Part shown: piece by piece, positions 1 to 11,329 of the stretch | Layout of the letters: the number at the start of each line of letters is the position of its first letter | Position numbering within the stretch: position 1 is the first letter of the stretch | Assembly: GCA_963711505.1 (NCBI GenBank) | Contig: CAVQEJ010000003.1 | Coordinates: forward strand, 781,564-845,563 | Reading direction: 5' to 3' | Source of the DNA: an uncultured Acidobacteriota bacterium | Lineage (GTDB): Bacteria > Acidobacteriota > Vicinamibacteria > Vicinamibacterales > CAVVIG01 | Length of the DNA stretch: 64,000 bases | Notes under the pieces: generated by a model | The model's input: the letters and a program-made list of their open reading frames with translations, nothing else | Databases searched by the model: none | What the model was told of the DNA's origin: nothing | Position numbers and translations under genes: made by a program

Positions 1-921
1 GGGACACGGTCGAACTCATCAACGGCACGGTGCACGACATCCGCGGCAACGTCGTCCGGATCGTCCAGTCGGTGGCGGACGTGGCCGCGCGGACGCAGAC
101 CATCATCAACACCGTCGGCAAGGATCTCCAGCGGATCGCCGCCGCCGGCGTCCGGATCGCCGCCGACGTGCGGCACGTGGCCGACAACCTGCGGGAGGGG
201 AAGGGAACGATCGGCAAGCTGCTGACCGACGACGAGCTGTACCGGCAGGTGACGGGCGTCATGAAGACGTCGGGTGAGATTGCCACGCGCGTGCGCGACG
301 TCATCGGCGAAGTCGACAAGGTCATCGCCAAGGTGCAGGGCAGCGGCGGACGGGTGCAGGGCGTTGTCACGAACCTGCAGGAGACGATGGACAGCGCGCG
401 GACGGCCCTCGGCGACATTTCCGACGCCATGGAGGCGCTGAAGCACAACTTCCTGCTGCGCGGCTTCTTCCGCGGCCGGGGCTACTTCGACCTCAGCCAG
501 CTCTCGCCGTCCGAGTACCGGTCGGACGTGCTGGAGCGCGGCAACCGGAAGCGGCTCCGGATCTGGCTGAACGCCGACGTGCTGTTCACCACGGGCTCGG
601 ACGGCCTGGAGCAAGCTGACCGACGGCGGCAAGGTCCGGATCGACTCGGCCATGGCAGGCTTCCTGCCGTACCTGCCCGACGCCGTGCTCATGGTGGAGG
701 GCTACGCGCGGCAGGGCTCGCGGGCGCAGCAGTTCCTCCACGCGCGCGACCGCGCCGCCATCGTCCGCTCGTACCTGCTCGAGCGCTTCCACCTGGACCC
801 GAAGACGACCGGACTGATGCCGCTCGGCGCGGAGGCCTCCGACAGCCCGGACGGTCGCACGTGGGACGGCGTGGCCTTGTCGCTCTTCGTCGACCGGAAT
901 CGGCTGGACGGCGGACGCTGA
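1..921 (+). CDS. MlaD/MCE-family protein, C-terminal portion, with OmpA-like C-terminal domain (5' end outside window; apparent +1 frameshift near 612)
   Basis: The frame is open from the window edge (frame of ORF 30..956) and encodes a long helical MlaD/MCE-type region. The sense continues in the frame of ORF 652..921 (LMVEGYA...RDRAAIVRSYLLERF, OmpA_C-like). Junction SDGLE/KLTDGGKVRIDSAM. Confidence 0.55.
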
Positions 922-999
922 CCGGCCGGTTTACCGGCGTCGGGCCGGAATGGTAAGGTGAAGTAGATCCCGGATGAGGTCGCCAATGGGGAGGGAACC

Positions 1000-1275
1000 G
1001 TGAGAGAACCCGTACAGGTCGCCGCGGCGACGGTCCTGGGGGCGGTGATCGGTGGCGTGGCCGGCTACCTGTTCTTCACGGAACGGGGACGGCGCGTGCG
1101 CCGCGATCTCGAGCCGGGCCTCGAGGAACTGACGCGCGAGCTCGTGCGGCTGCGGACGACGCTGCGCAAGGCGTCGCGGGCGGCCGAGGAAGGCGGTCGG
1201 CTGCTCGACGAACTGGCCACGGCCGGCGGCGATGCCGGCTGGCCGGAGACGCCGCGCCAGAGTTCGCCGTTCTGA
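1000..1275 (+). CDS. YtxH-like small membrane-anchored protein
   Basis: 91-aa ORF with a GTG start preceded by GGGGAGGGA. N-terminal Gly-rich hydrophobic helix (AAATVLGAVIGGVAGYLFFTERGRR) followed by a charged helical tail, typical of YtxH/DUF948-like proteins. Confidence 0.5.
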   Translation: MREPVQVAAATVLGAVIGGVAGYLFFTERGRRVRRDLEPGLEELTRELVRLRTTLRKASRAAEEGGRLLDELATAGGDAGWPETPRQSSPF

Positions 1276-1302
1276 GGTGCCCGGCCGTGCCGTCTGAGAT
1301 GC

Positions 1303-2253
1303 GTGAGCGCCGAACCTGATCGCCGCACCGGTTCGTCCCTGAAGCGCCGCAGGTCGGTCCTGCTCCGCTGGATCCGGAGGCAGGTGCGCCTGGTCGGCCT
1401 GGCGGGCTGGGGCGCGGTCGTGCAGTTCTCGCGCAGCACGCAGTCGCTGACCTACGCCGCCTCGATCGCCTTCTTCATGCTCGTGTCGCTGTTCCCCTGC
1501 CTCCTGCTGGCGTTCGCGCTGCTGGGACGGCTGAGCGCGGGCGGCGGGACGCGCACCCAGATCATCCCGTTCGTCCTGCGGTACTTCCCCACGCACTTCG
1601 ACTTCGTGGTGGCCCAGCTCAACGCGTTCCATGCCGGCGTCACGGTGAGCGTCACCGGTGTGATCGCCCTGATGTGGGCGTCGCTGGGGGTGTTCGGCGC
1701 GATCTCCGACGCGGTCAACTATGCGTGGGGCGTGGAGCACCAGCGCAGCTTCCTCAAGCAACGCCTCGTCGCGTTCAGCATGCTGCTGCTGGCCGGGCTG
1801 CTGCTGCTGGCGGCGCTGCTGCTGGTCAGCGCCGCCGCCGTCGTGCAGACGAGCTGGTTCGCGGAGGTCCTGCGCCGGTTTCCCGGCCTGATGCTCCTGG
1901 CGAAGCTGGCGAGCCGCTACGCGGCCACGCTGCTGCTGATTGGCGTCGTCGGCCTGGTCTTCTACTACGTGCCGAACGCGCAGGTCCGCTTCCGGGACGT
2001 CTGGCTGGGGGCGATCCTGACGGGGCTGGCCTGGAAGGGGACCCTGGTCGCCTTCTCCTGGTACGTCCGGGACATGGGCAAGCTCGCGTCGGTCAACGGG
2101 TCGATTACCACCGTGATCGTGTTCCTGATCTGGATGTACACCTCTGCCATCGTGCTGCTGCTGGGCACGCAGTTCACCGCGGCGCACGCCCGGCTGGTTG
2201 CCGGCCACTCGGCCATCGAGCACGAACCCGCGGCGCCCACGCCCAGGCGGTGA
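1303..2253 (+). CDS. YihY/BrkB (virulence factor BrkB / RNase BN-like) family inner-membrane protein
   Basis: 316-aa intact ORF with multiple TM helices. Family-typical stretch [22 protein letters not shown] ... [23 protein letters not shown]. The exact start is uncertain (GTG 1303). Confidence 0.8.
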   Translation: MSAEPDRRTGSSLKRRRSVLLRWIRRQVRLVGLAGWGAVVQFSRSTQSLTYAASIAFFMLVSLFPCLLLAFALLGRLSAGGGTRTQIIPFVLRYFPTHFDFVVAQLNAFHAGVTVSVTGVIALMWASLGVFGAISDAVNYAWGVEHQRSFLKQRLVAFSMLLLAGLLLLAALLLVSAAAVVQTSWFAEVLRRFPGLMLLAKLASRYAATLLLIGVVGLVFYYVPNAQVRFRDVWLGAILTGLAWKGTLVAFSWYVRDMGKLASVNGSITTVIVFLIWMYTSAIVLLLGTQFTAAHARLVAGHSAIEHEPAAPTPRR

Positions 2254-2290
2254 GGGCGCCGGCCCGGCCGCGCCTCGTCCACCATCTATA

Positions 2291-4465
<2,175 letters not shown>

Positions 4466-4466
<1 letters not shown>

Positions 4467-5249
4467 TGGCGGCGGAGCAGCGCCCCGGCGTCCGCGTCGA
4501 GCTGAGCGACGATCGGTGCCGCATGCGCATCGTGCTCGACGGCCCCCGCGGACACGTGCTCACCGATCGCATGGTCGGCGTGATGCGGAAGGCGCTGGAT
4601 CGGGCCGCCGGCGAACCTCGTTTGCGGCTGCTGACGTTCGAGGCCGACGAGGGCGACTTCAGCTTCGGCTCGAGCGTCGACGAGCACGCGCCCGGGCCGA
4701 TTGCCGATGTGCTGCCGCGCTTCCACGATCTCGTCCGGGCCTGGCTCGACGTGCCGTGCGTGACCGCGGCGCTCGTCGCGGGCCGGTGCCTCGGCGGCGG
4801 GTTCGAGCTCGCGCTCTGCTGCGATGTCATCTTTGCGGCCGACGACGCCGAGTTCGGCCTGCCCGAGATTGTCGCTCGGTCTGTTCCCGCCGGTCGGGGC
4901 CATCCTGCTGCCGGCGCGCGTCGGTGCGGCCCGCGCCGCCAGTGCGATCGTCACGGGCGAGAGCCGTCCGGCGGCGGCGTGGCAGGCGGCCGGGCTGATC
5001 GAGCGGTTGGCGCCGGCCGAGGCGCTGCGCACGATGGTCGACGAGTGGTACGAGCGCCACCTGGAGGGCCGATCGGCCGTCGCGCTCGGCCACGCGGCCC
5101 GGGCGGCCCGGCTGGCCCTGGCCGACACCGTCGCGCGGCTGCTGCCGGAATCGGAGCGCCGCTATCTGGCCGAGCTCATGCGGACGGCCGACGCGGCCGA
5201 AGGGGTCGCCGCGTTCCTGGCGAAGCGTGCACCGCGGTGGACGGGGTGA
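4466..5249 (+). CDS. Enoyl-CoA hydratase/isomerase (crotonase) family protein; +1 frameshift near 4872
   Basis: ATG overlaps the upstream TGA (TGATG). Crotonase core [30 protein letters not shown], then the frame switches to ORF 4824..5249 ([17 protein letters not shown]...[14 protein letters not shown]). Confidence 0.8.
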
Positions 5250-5265
5250 CGCGCGGAGGAATGTC

Positions 5266-5372
5266 GTAGTTTTGAGTTCTGAGTTCTGAGTTCTGAGTTT
5301 TGAGTTGTGAGGAACTGAGAACTCGGCACTCATGACCCTGAACTGATAACTCAGAACTGATAACTCACAACT
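5266..5372. repeat. Imperfect ~105-nt palindrome built from tandem heptamers (GAGTTCT x3-5 / complementary CTCAGAA-CTGATAA units)
   Basis: Left arm gtagttttgagttctgagttctgagttctgagttttgagttgtgagg. The right arm cctgaactgataactcagaactgataactcacaactac is its imperfect reverse complement. Locally low GC. It fills the intergenic space 5250-5388. Confidence 0.7.
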
Positions 5373-5388
5373 ACAAGAAGCAGGCTTC

Positions 5389-5753
5389 ATGGATTTTCAG
5401 GTCGATATCTGGCTGCGCGGTGATCACCACGCGACCACCGAGACCGTGGCCGGACTGCAGCGGCAGCCGGCCGAGTGGACCGACGAGGACGTCCGGTTCG
5501 TGCTCGAGACGATGCTGCGGAGGATGGACCGGCTGAAGACGCCCGAGGGTGCCGACGATCGCGTCGTGCAGCTGCGGGGCTTGAGCTGGATCGTCAATCC
5601 GTTCGAACAGGGCGTGGTGATTGCGATCGAGATCACGCTGGGCGCCGCCGTGGCGGGGCCGTTCGTGATCGACAAGGCGCAGCTCGAGGGGATGATCGGC
5701 CGGGTGCTGGCGTCTCCGCCGCGGCCGATGGTCGATGCGGGGCAGACGGTGCA

Positions 5754-5757
<4 letters not shown>
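5389..5757 (+). CDS. Hypothetical protein (122 aa), no recognisable family
   Basis: Intact ORF with genome-typical GC3-rich codon usage and a weak RBS. Bracketed by the two heptad-repeat palindromes. Confidence 0.45.
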
Positions 5758-5826
<69 letters not shown>

Positions 5827-7047
5827 TCAGCGCAGTTGTCGGGCCAGCTGGTGCAGGAACAGGCCGACGTCGGTGACCAGGCCGACGGTCTGGGACGATC
5901 CGCGGTCGGCCAGCTTCGTGACGACCGCCGGATTGATGTCGACGCAGACGACCCGCACCCAGGCGGGGAGCATGTTGCCGACGCCGATGCCGTGCAGCAT
6001 GGTCGAGAGGATGATCACCATCTCGACCCCTTCCAGTGCGGCCGTGTAACGGTTCTGCGCCGCGACGAGGTCCATCACCGTGTCGGGCAGAGGGCCATCG
6101 TCCCGGATGCTGCCGGCCAGGACGAACTCCACGCCGTTGACGACGCATTCGTACATGATGCCGGAGGTCAGCACCCCGTGCTCGACGGCCGGCTGCAGCC
6201 CGCCCGCGCGGCTGATCGCGTTGATCGCCCGCATGTGGTGCTTGTGACCCTCCTCGACCGGCACTCCTGACTTCAGGTCGACCCCGAGCGACGTGCCGAG
6301 CAGCGCGTTCTCGACGTCGTGCACGGCCAGCGCGTTGCCGGCCAGCAGCACGGTGACGTAGCCGCGACGGATGAGCTCGCAGAAGTACTCGACGCCCCCG
6401 GTGTGCACGACCACCGGCCCGGCCACGAAGGCAATCCGGCGCCCGGCCTGCTTCAACTCCTTCATCCGCTCGGCGATCTTCGCCACGCTGACTTCCACGC
6501 GGCGCTCCGACGAGATGTCGTTCGTCATGAACGCGAAGCCGTGGCGATCCCGATCGCGGAACTCGGGCACGATCCGGATGCCGGTCGCGCCGCAGACGAT
6601 GCGGTCGCCGAGCCGGACGTCGCGCAGCTTGCGGCAGGTCGCGTGCCCTTCCTCGATGACGACGACCGCATCCATGCGCTGATGCGACACCTCGATCCAG
6701 CGGCCGCCGTGGCGGACGAGCGTGCGGTGGTTCGTCGTGGAGTAGAAGTCCTCGGGGGCGCATCCGGCCCGGTCGGCGGCACGCAGCAGGGCGTCGTGTT
6801 CGGCGACCGGGTGGCAGCCCAGCGGGATGAGATCTTCGACCAGCGTCTGCAGGGCCGCCTCGGTCGGCGCGGTTACCTTCATGCGGAGGTGTGAGAAGTC
6901 GTCGTTCGTGCGGCCGATGTCGAACTGCTGCACCTCGAACTGGCTGCCCGACTTGATGACCGTGTCGAAGATCAGCGTCAGCAGTTCAGAGTCGACGAGG
7001 TGGCCTTCGGCCTGAACGACCTCGCTCGTGTTCCGGTTCTCAGTCAT
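5827..7047 (-). CDS. LOR/SDH-domain protein (TIGR00300-type; lysine-oxoglutarate reductase/saccharopine dehydrogenase-like, ArgZ C-terminal-domain-like)
   Basis: Intact. Start taken at ATG 7047 (MTENRNTSEVVQAEGHLVDSELLTLIFDTVIKSGSQFEVQQFDIGR...), which matches the family N-terminus. The 24 upstream codons of the track ORF look like read-through. Confidence 0.7.
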   Translation of the reverse strand: MTENRNTSEVVQAEGHLVDSELLTLIFDTVIKSGSQFEVQQFDIGRTNDDFSHLRMKVTAPTEAALQTLVEDLIPLGCHPVAEHDALLRAADRAGCAPEDFYSTTNHRTLVRHGGRWIEVSHQRMDAVVVIEEGHATCRKLRDVRLGDRIVCGATGIRIVPEFRDRDRHGFAFMTNDISSERRVEVSVAKIAERMKELKQAGRRIAFVAGPVVVHTGGVEYFCELIRRGYVTVLLAGNALAVHDVENALLGTSLGVDLKSGVPVEEGHKHHMRAINAISRAGGLQPAVEHGVLTSGIMYECVVNGVEFVLAGSIRDDGPLPDTVMDLVAAQNRYTAALEGVEMVIILSTMLHGIGVGNMLPAWVRVVCVDINPAVVTKLADRGSSQTVGLVTDVGLFLHQLARQLR

Positions 7048-7274
7048 GGGATCTGCGCATCCAGCGTCGTACACGGACAGCCGGCGCCCGTCATGTCGGC
7101 GGCGCCGGTCGCGAATCATCGATTATAGGAGATCGGCGGTGGGGCAGGAGCGCGGGGCGTGAGTGGCCGCGAGCCGGCGTGAGCCGGCGTGAGTGATGAC
7201 ACCGCCACTCGAGAGCGCACGGCGCGTGCGGCGGCGCGGTCCGGGGCCGGCAGGCTGCCGGCCCCGCAGACCGA

Positions 7275-7589
7275 TCAACGGACGAGCGTGCGGCGGCCCA
7301 GCCAGCCGACCATCAGGCCGAGACAGGAGCCGGCCGCGAACGCGATGCCAAGGGCCTGCAGCGGACGGCGCTTCACCTGGTGCACCGTGTCGTCCGCGAG
7401 GTCCTGCGCGCGATATACCGTCTGCTTCACGGCGCGGCGGGCCGCGCGCGCGCCGTCCTCGGCGGCATCGGTCGCGATGGTCTTCGCCAGCTTGACCTCG
7501 TGCGCGAGATGGGACGCGCGACCGAGGATGTCCATTGCGCGATTCGTCATACGTCCGTCAGTGCCTTCGATCGTTTCAGCGTGGGCCAT
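7275..7589 (-). CDS. DUF883 (ElaB/YqjD/YgaM-like) tail-anchored stress protein
   Basis: Start at ATG 7589, preceded by GGGGGAGAAATC. Helical N-terminal part and C-terminal anchor RRPLQALGIAFAAGSCLGLMVGWLGRR, typical of DUF883. Confidence 0.75.
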   Translation of the reverse strand: MAHAETIEGTDGRMTNRAMDILGRASHLAHEVKLAKTIATDAAEDGARAARRAVKQTVYRAQDLADDTVHQVKRRPLQALGIAFAAGSCLGLMVGWLGRRTLVR

Positions 7590-7960
7590 GATTTCTCCCC
7601 CTTCATGAGCTCGTTCTGGTGCCCTGGCAGGGTTCAGAGTTGAGCGGTCTGGAAGATTGCAATATCCCCGCCAGTAAACCCCGCGTCGGCGATCTCGTTC
7701 ATGAGTCGGCGCCGCGGCGCCATACGACGCCCGCATGCACCATAACTATCTGCTTGAATGAATGTTAGAGGTGAAGTTGTCGAGGTTGATCGCGAGAGGG
7801 GTGTGTGGCCGTCCGAGACGATGTGACGGGCGCAGCAGGTGGACGCGTCCTTCCTTGCGACACGGCCGTGAAAAGTTCGCAGGTGAACGCCTTGTGCCGT
7901 CGACGGTCCCGGAAGACTCCTCACAAGTCCATCATTCAATGACTGTGCTTTGTCTTATGA

Positions 7961-8020
7961 ATTGATAAAATCAAGTACTGACTTGATTAAATTAAGTATT
8001 TGATCCACTATTAAATCAGA
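7961..8020. promoter_or_regulatory. AT-rich operator-like island with repeated TTGAT/ATCAA half-sites, including a perfect palindrome AATCAAGT-ACTG-ACTTGATT (7969-7988)
   Basis: attgataaaatcaagtactgacttgattaaattaagtatttgatccactattaaatcag. Five TTGAT/ATCA(A) half-sites in 60 nt. Striking GC drop in a ~70% GC genome. Directly upstream of the DUF2089 HTH gene. Confidence 0.4.
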
Positions 8021-8022
8021 AA

Positions 8023-9040
8023 GTGAGTCTCGACATGGCTGATGACTGGCAGGCGCTGACCGCCTTGACGGGCGGAGAACCGATGGTCGTCGAGCGGGTA
8101 CGACTGCTCAGGCGGGACATCGCCATCGAGGGGCGGTTCGACGTGCCGCCGCTGGCGCGGCTGTCGGCCGAAGACCAGATCTTCGTGGCGGCGTTCGTGC
8201 GGGCGCACGGCTCCATCAAGGAGATGGAAGCGTTGTTCGGCGTGAGCTACCCGACGGTGAAGAACCGGTTGAACCGGCTCGCCACGCAGCTCGACGTCGT
8301 CGACGTGTCGGTGCCGGTGCCACGCGTGGCGGCGCCGGTGTCGCCCGAGTCGAAGCGCGAGGTGCTCGACCGGCTCGAGCGCGGCGAGATCACGGTCGAG
8401 GAAGCATTGCGGAGCCTGAAGACGTCCGGCGCGGCCGGGGCTGCAGCCGGAGGAGGAGCGATCATGAGTGAGGAACGAGGTCGGATTCTGGAGATGCTGG
8501 CGCAGGGGAAGATCTCGGTGACCGAGGCCGAGCAACTGCTCAGTGCCGTGGGCGAGCCGGATGCGCCGCCCGCTGGCGACGGTGCGTCGGCGGCGGGCTC
8601 GTCGGATGCGGCCGGGGCGAGGGCACCCGGGGCCCTGAAGTACCTGCACGTGCACGTGCGGAAGAGCGCCAACGATACCTCGGGAGCCGGGTGGCCGGGC
8701 GGAGGGCAGGGACGCTGGTGGGCGCGTCACCAGGCGCGTGCCGCGCGGGACGGCACGGGGCAGGCCGCGGGGGCGACCGATCCGGACGGCGGCGTCCAGG
8801 TACAGCCGCGATGTCGACGTCCGCATTCCGCTGAGCCTGCTGCGTTCGGGGATGAAGCTCGCCGCGTTCATGCCCGGCCGGACGGGAGACGTCGTCTCGC
8901 GGAAGCTGCGGGAGAAAGGACTCGACATCGACGTCTCGAAGCTGGATCCGGCGCAGCTCGAGGAAGTGCTGACGAACCTCGGCGACCTGACGGTCGATCT
9001 GGACAACGGCCGCGGCCAGGTGCGGATTTACTGTGAGTGA
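8023..9040 (+). CDS. DUF2089-type HTH protein fused or adjacent to SHOCT-like motifs and a conserved C-terminal domain; at least one frameshift between ~8690 and ~8800
   Basis: RFDVPPLARLSAEDQIFVAAFVRAHGSIKEMEALFGVSYPTVKNRLNRL matches DUF2089, although the Cys zinc ribbon is absent. Two SHOCT-like motifs are present (GEITVEEALRSL; GKISVTEAEQLLSAV). The C-terminal part continues in the frame of ORF 8738..9040 (VDVRIPLSLLRSGMKLAAF...LTVDLDNGRGQVRIYCE). The start is ambiguous (GTG 8023 or ATG 8035). An internal ATG at 8467 could mean two genes. Confidence 0.6.
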
Positions 9041-9174
9041 CGCAGCCCCCCGCGCAGGAGGCGCCGGCCGATCGACGGCCCGCCGCCACGCCGCTGGAAG
9101 TGAGCGCCGGCTCGCTGCGCGTCGACGAGCCGCACCCGTTCGGATACACTCGGACGGTTCCACGATGGCCATGG

Positions 9175-9262
9175 GCCGGGGTGGCGGAACCGGTAGACGC
9201 TGGGGACTTAAAATCCCCTGACCCTTCGGGTCGTGTGGGTTCGATGCCCACCCCCGGCACCA
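9175..9262 (+). tRNA. tRNA-Leu (anticodon UAA), class II with long variable arm, CCA encoded
   Basis: Manual cloverleaf. Acceptor GCCGGGG/CCCCGGC. Anticodon stem GGGGA/TCCCC with loop CTTAAAA. Variable arm TGACCCTTCGGGTCGT. T-arm GTGGG-TTCGATG-CCCAC. Discriminator A followed by CCA. Confidence 0.95.
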
Positions 9263-9909
9263 GTCGCACGCGGCTCAGTCGGCGGAAGGGTGCCGTCGCA
9301 GCCGCCCGATGACGCGCTCCTCGATCGCGCGAATCGCGTAGATGCAGCTCGCAGAGATCCCTGGCGCAGCGGCCCTTGCCGGAGACGACCAGGAGACGTC
9401 GTTCGATTGCTTCGATGACGGCGTCGCTGACTCGAGCGATCCGGTCCGCATCGTTCCGGCGGAACGACCCGACGCCGCCGGTTTCCAGCGCGCAAAGACT
9501 TCCCATAAATCGATCGACATCACGACGGAAGCGCCGCGACGCGAAGACGCCGTGATGAGGACGGGCGACGCCCTGGGCCGATGCATCGAGGTGCTTCAGC
9601 ATGGCGAGCTCTTTCCTTTGTCAGCGGGGTGTCGTGCGATAGCCTTCCCTCAAGCAATTGCCGCGCCATGCGCAGGTCTTCGGCGAGTCGTCGTCGCAGG
9701 GCGGCGATCACAGGCGATGAAATCTGTCCAGGCGGTCGGCCTGCTCCGCACGGGCCGTCTCTCCCCCGCGCCGGCGTGACGCCGGCCCATTCTCCGCGGT
9801 GCCCGCGGGTAATTTCCCCCCGAACGTTGGATCCAGCGCTGCAGGCATGCCGGGAAGGTTTGGGAATGCGTCAATCGCTGTCAATTGACTGATCAAAGCT
9901 CGGCCATGC

Positions 9910-9925
9910 TGGCCTGCTACTTGCA
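9910..9925 (+). promoter_or_regulatory. Candidate sigma54 (-24/-12) promoter TGGCCT-N5-TTGCA upstream of the Csu pilus cluster
   Basis: tggcctgctacttgca. GG and GC are spaced as in the consensus TGGCAC-N5-TTGCA. About 100 nt upstream of ATG 10025. Single-site match only. Confidence 0.35.
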
Positions 9926-10024
9926 TCACACGACCAGCACAAGCGTCCAATTGATCATGCTTTTCCGGTATGAGTTCCTGACCGGAACGCTGGAGTAGAA
10001 GCCTTGACAACGGCACACATCACG

Positions 10025-10535
10025 ATGAGGCTCCTGCGGGCTGCGACGGCGGCTGCCGTGACCCTCGCAGCGGTATTCGGGCTGGTCTGGGTGATCAGGG
10101 CAGCGAGCGGGACGGCGAATCTGAGCGTCTCGGCGAGCGTCAGTGCCAACTGCACGATTACGACGGCCGCGGTGGCCTTTGGGGCCTACGATCCGATCGG
10201 CGCCAACGCCACGGCCAACCTCGACGCGACGGGCACGGTGACGGTTGCGTGCACGAAGGGCACGTCGGCCACCATCGGGCTCGGCCTCGGCCAGAATCCC
10301 GCAGCCGGCCGTGCGCAAGATGAGCGACGGCGCCACCGGCCTGCTGACCTACGAACTCTACAAGGACACCACGCGCGCGTCCGTCTGGGGCAATGCCGGT
10401 ACCGATCTGCTGGACACCGGGGCGGCGCCCTCCAAGGCGGCGCGGGCCTTCACCATCTACGGCCGGGTGCCCGCGGCCCAGGATGTCGCCGCCGGCACCT
10501 TCACGGACTCTGTGGTGGCAACCGTTAATTTCTAG
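10025..10535 (+). CDS. SCPU (spore coat protein U) domain pilin, Csu-type fimbrial subunit; +1 frameshift near 10310
   Basis: Signal peptide, then NLSVSASVSANCTITTAAVAFGAYDP...TVTVACTKGTSATIGLG. The sense continues in the frame of ORF 10245..10535 (KMSDGATGLLTYELYKD...WGN...YGRVPAAQDVAAGTFTDSVVATVNF), the canonical SCPU C-terminus. Confidence 0.8.
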
Positions 10536-10543
10536 GTGACTCA

Positions 10544-11329
10544 ATGTACATGCCACGCTCGGCCGCCAAAGTCGTTCCGGCGCTGATCCTGTTGCTGGCG
10601 GCGCTCATTGGGCCGCCCCGGGTGGAAGCCGCCTCGTTCACGGTCAGCCCGACGCAGGTCTTCCTGTCGGAGCACGCCACGAGTGCGCTCCTGACGCTCC
10701 GGAACGACAGCGACGAGCCGTTGCGGTTTCAGTTGACGCTGTTCCGGTGGGATCAGTCCCCGGACGGCGAGATGACGCTGACGCCGAGCGAAGACATCGT
10801 GTACTTCCCGAAGCTCGTGGCGCTCGACAAGCGGGAGGAGCGCAAGATCCGCATCGGCCTGATCGGGGCGTTCGGCGACGCCGAGCGGACCTACCGGATC
10901 TTCGTCGAGGAATTGCCGCCGGCGGTCGAACCGGGAGCCCCCACGGCCGGGGTCCGGATGCGGACGCGCATGGGCATTCCGATCTTCCTCGAACCGCTCA
11001 AGGCCACCCAGGGGGCGGACGTCACCGGGCTGACGGTCGACAACGGACAGGTCGTGGTGCGCGTGCACAACCGCGGCACGATCCATTTCATCACCGACAC
11101 GGTGCGCGTGAGTGGCACGAGCGCCCAGGGCACGCTGATCTTCAACAAGATCGTGAACGGGTGGTACATCCTCGCCGGCCGGTCGCAGGTCTACAAGGTT
11201 CCGCTGAGCGATGCCGAGTGCCAGGCGACGGCCACGGTGTCAGTAGAGGTGAAGATCGGTGAGTCAATACTCCGGCAGAAGGGCGATCGCCCGGCGGCCG
11301 GCTGCCGGCCGCCGGCCGGCCGGCGATGA
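10544..11329 (+). CDS. Periplasmic pilus chaperone (PapD-like, CsuC-type)
   Basis: Intact 261-aa ORF with a signal peptide and two Ig-like domains (FTVSPTQVFL...LTLRNDSDEPLRFQL...YRIFVEELPP...MGIPIFL). Located between the SCPU pilin and the usher. The C-terminal end is uncertain because it overlaps the usher start region. Confidence 0.75.
   Translation: MYMPRSAAKVVPALILLLAALIGPPRVEAASFTVSPTQVFLSEHATSALLTLRNDSDEPLRFQLTLFRWDQSPDGEMTLTPSEDIVYFPKLVALDKREERKIRIGLIGAFGDAERTYRIFVEELPPAVEPGAPTAGVRMRTRMGIPIFLEPLKATQGADVTGLTVDNGQVVVRVHNRGTIHFITDTVRVSGTSAQGTLIFNKIVNGWYILAGRSQVYKVPLSDAECQATATVSVEVKIGESILRQKGDRPAAGCRPPAGRR

Noticed and set aside
9263-10003. Prophage or integrative element at the tRNA-Leu 3' end
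   Set aside because: There is no integrase, excisionase or phage gene. No duplicated tRNA 3' segment is visible in the window. The adjacent pilus cluster has normal GC content for this genome.
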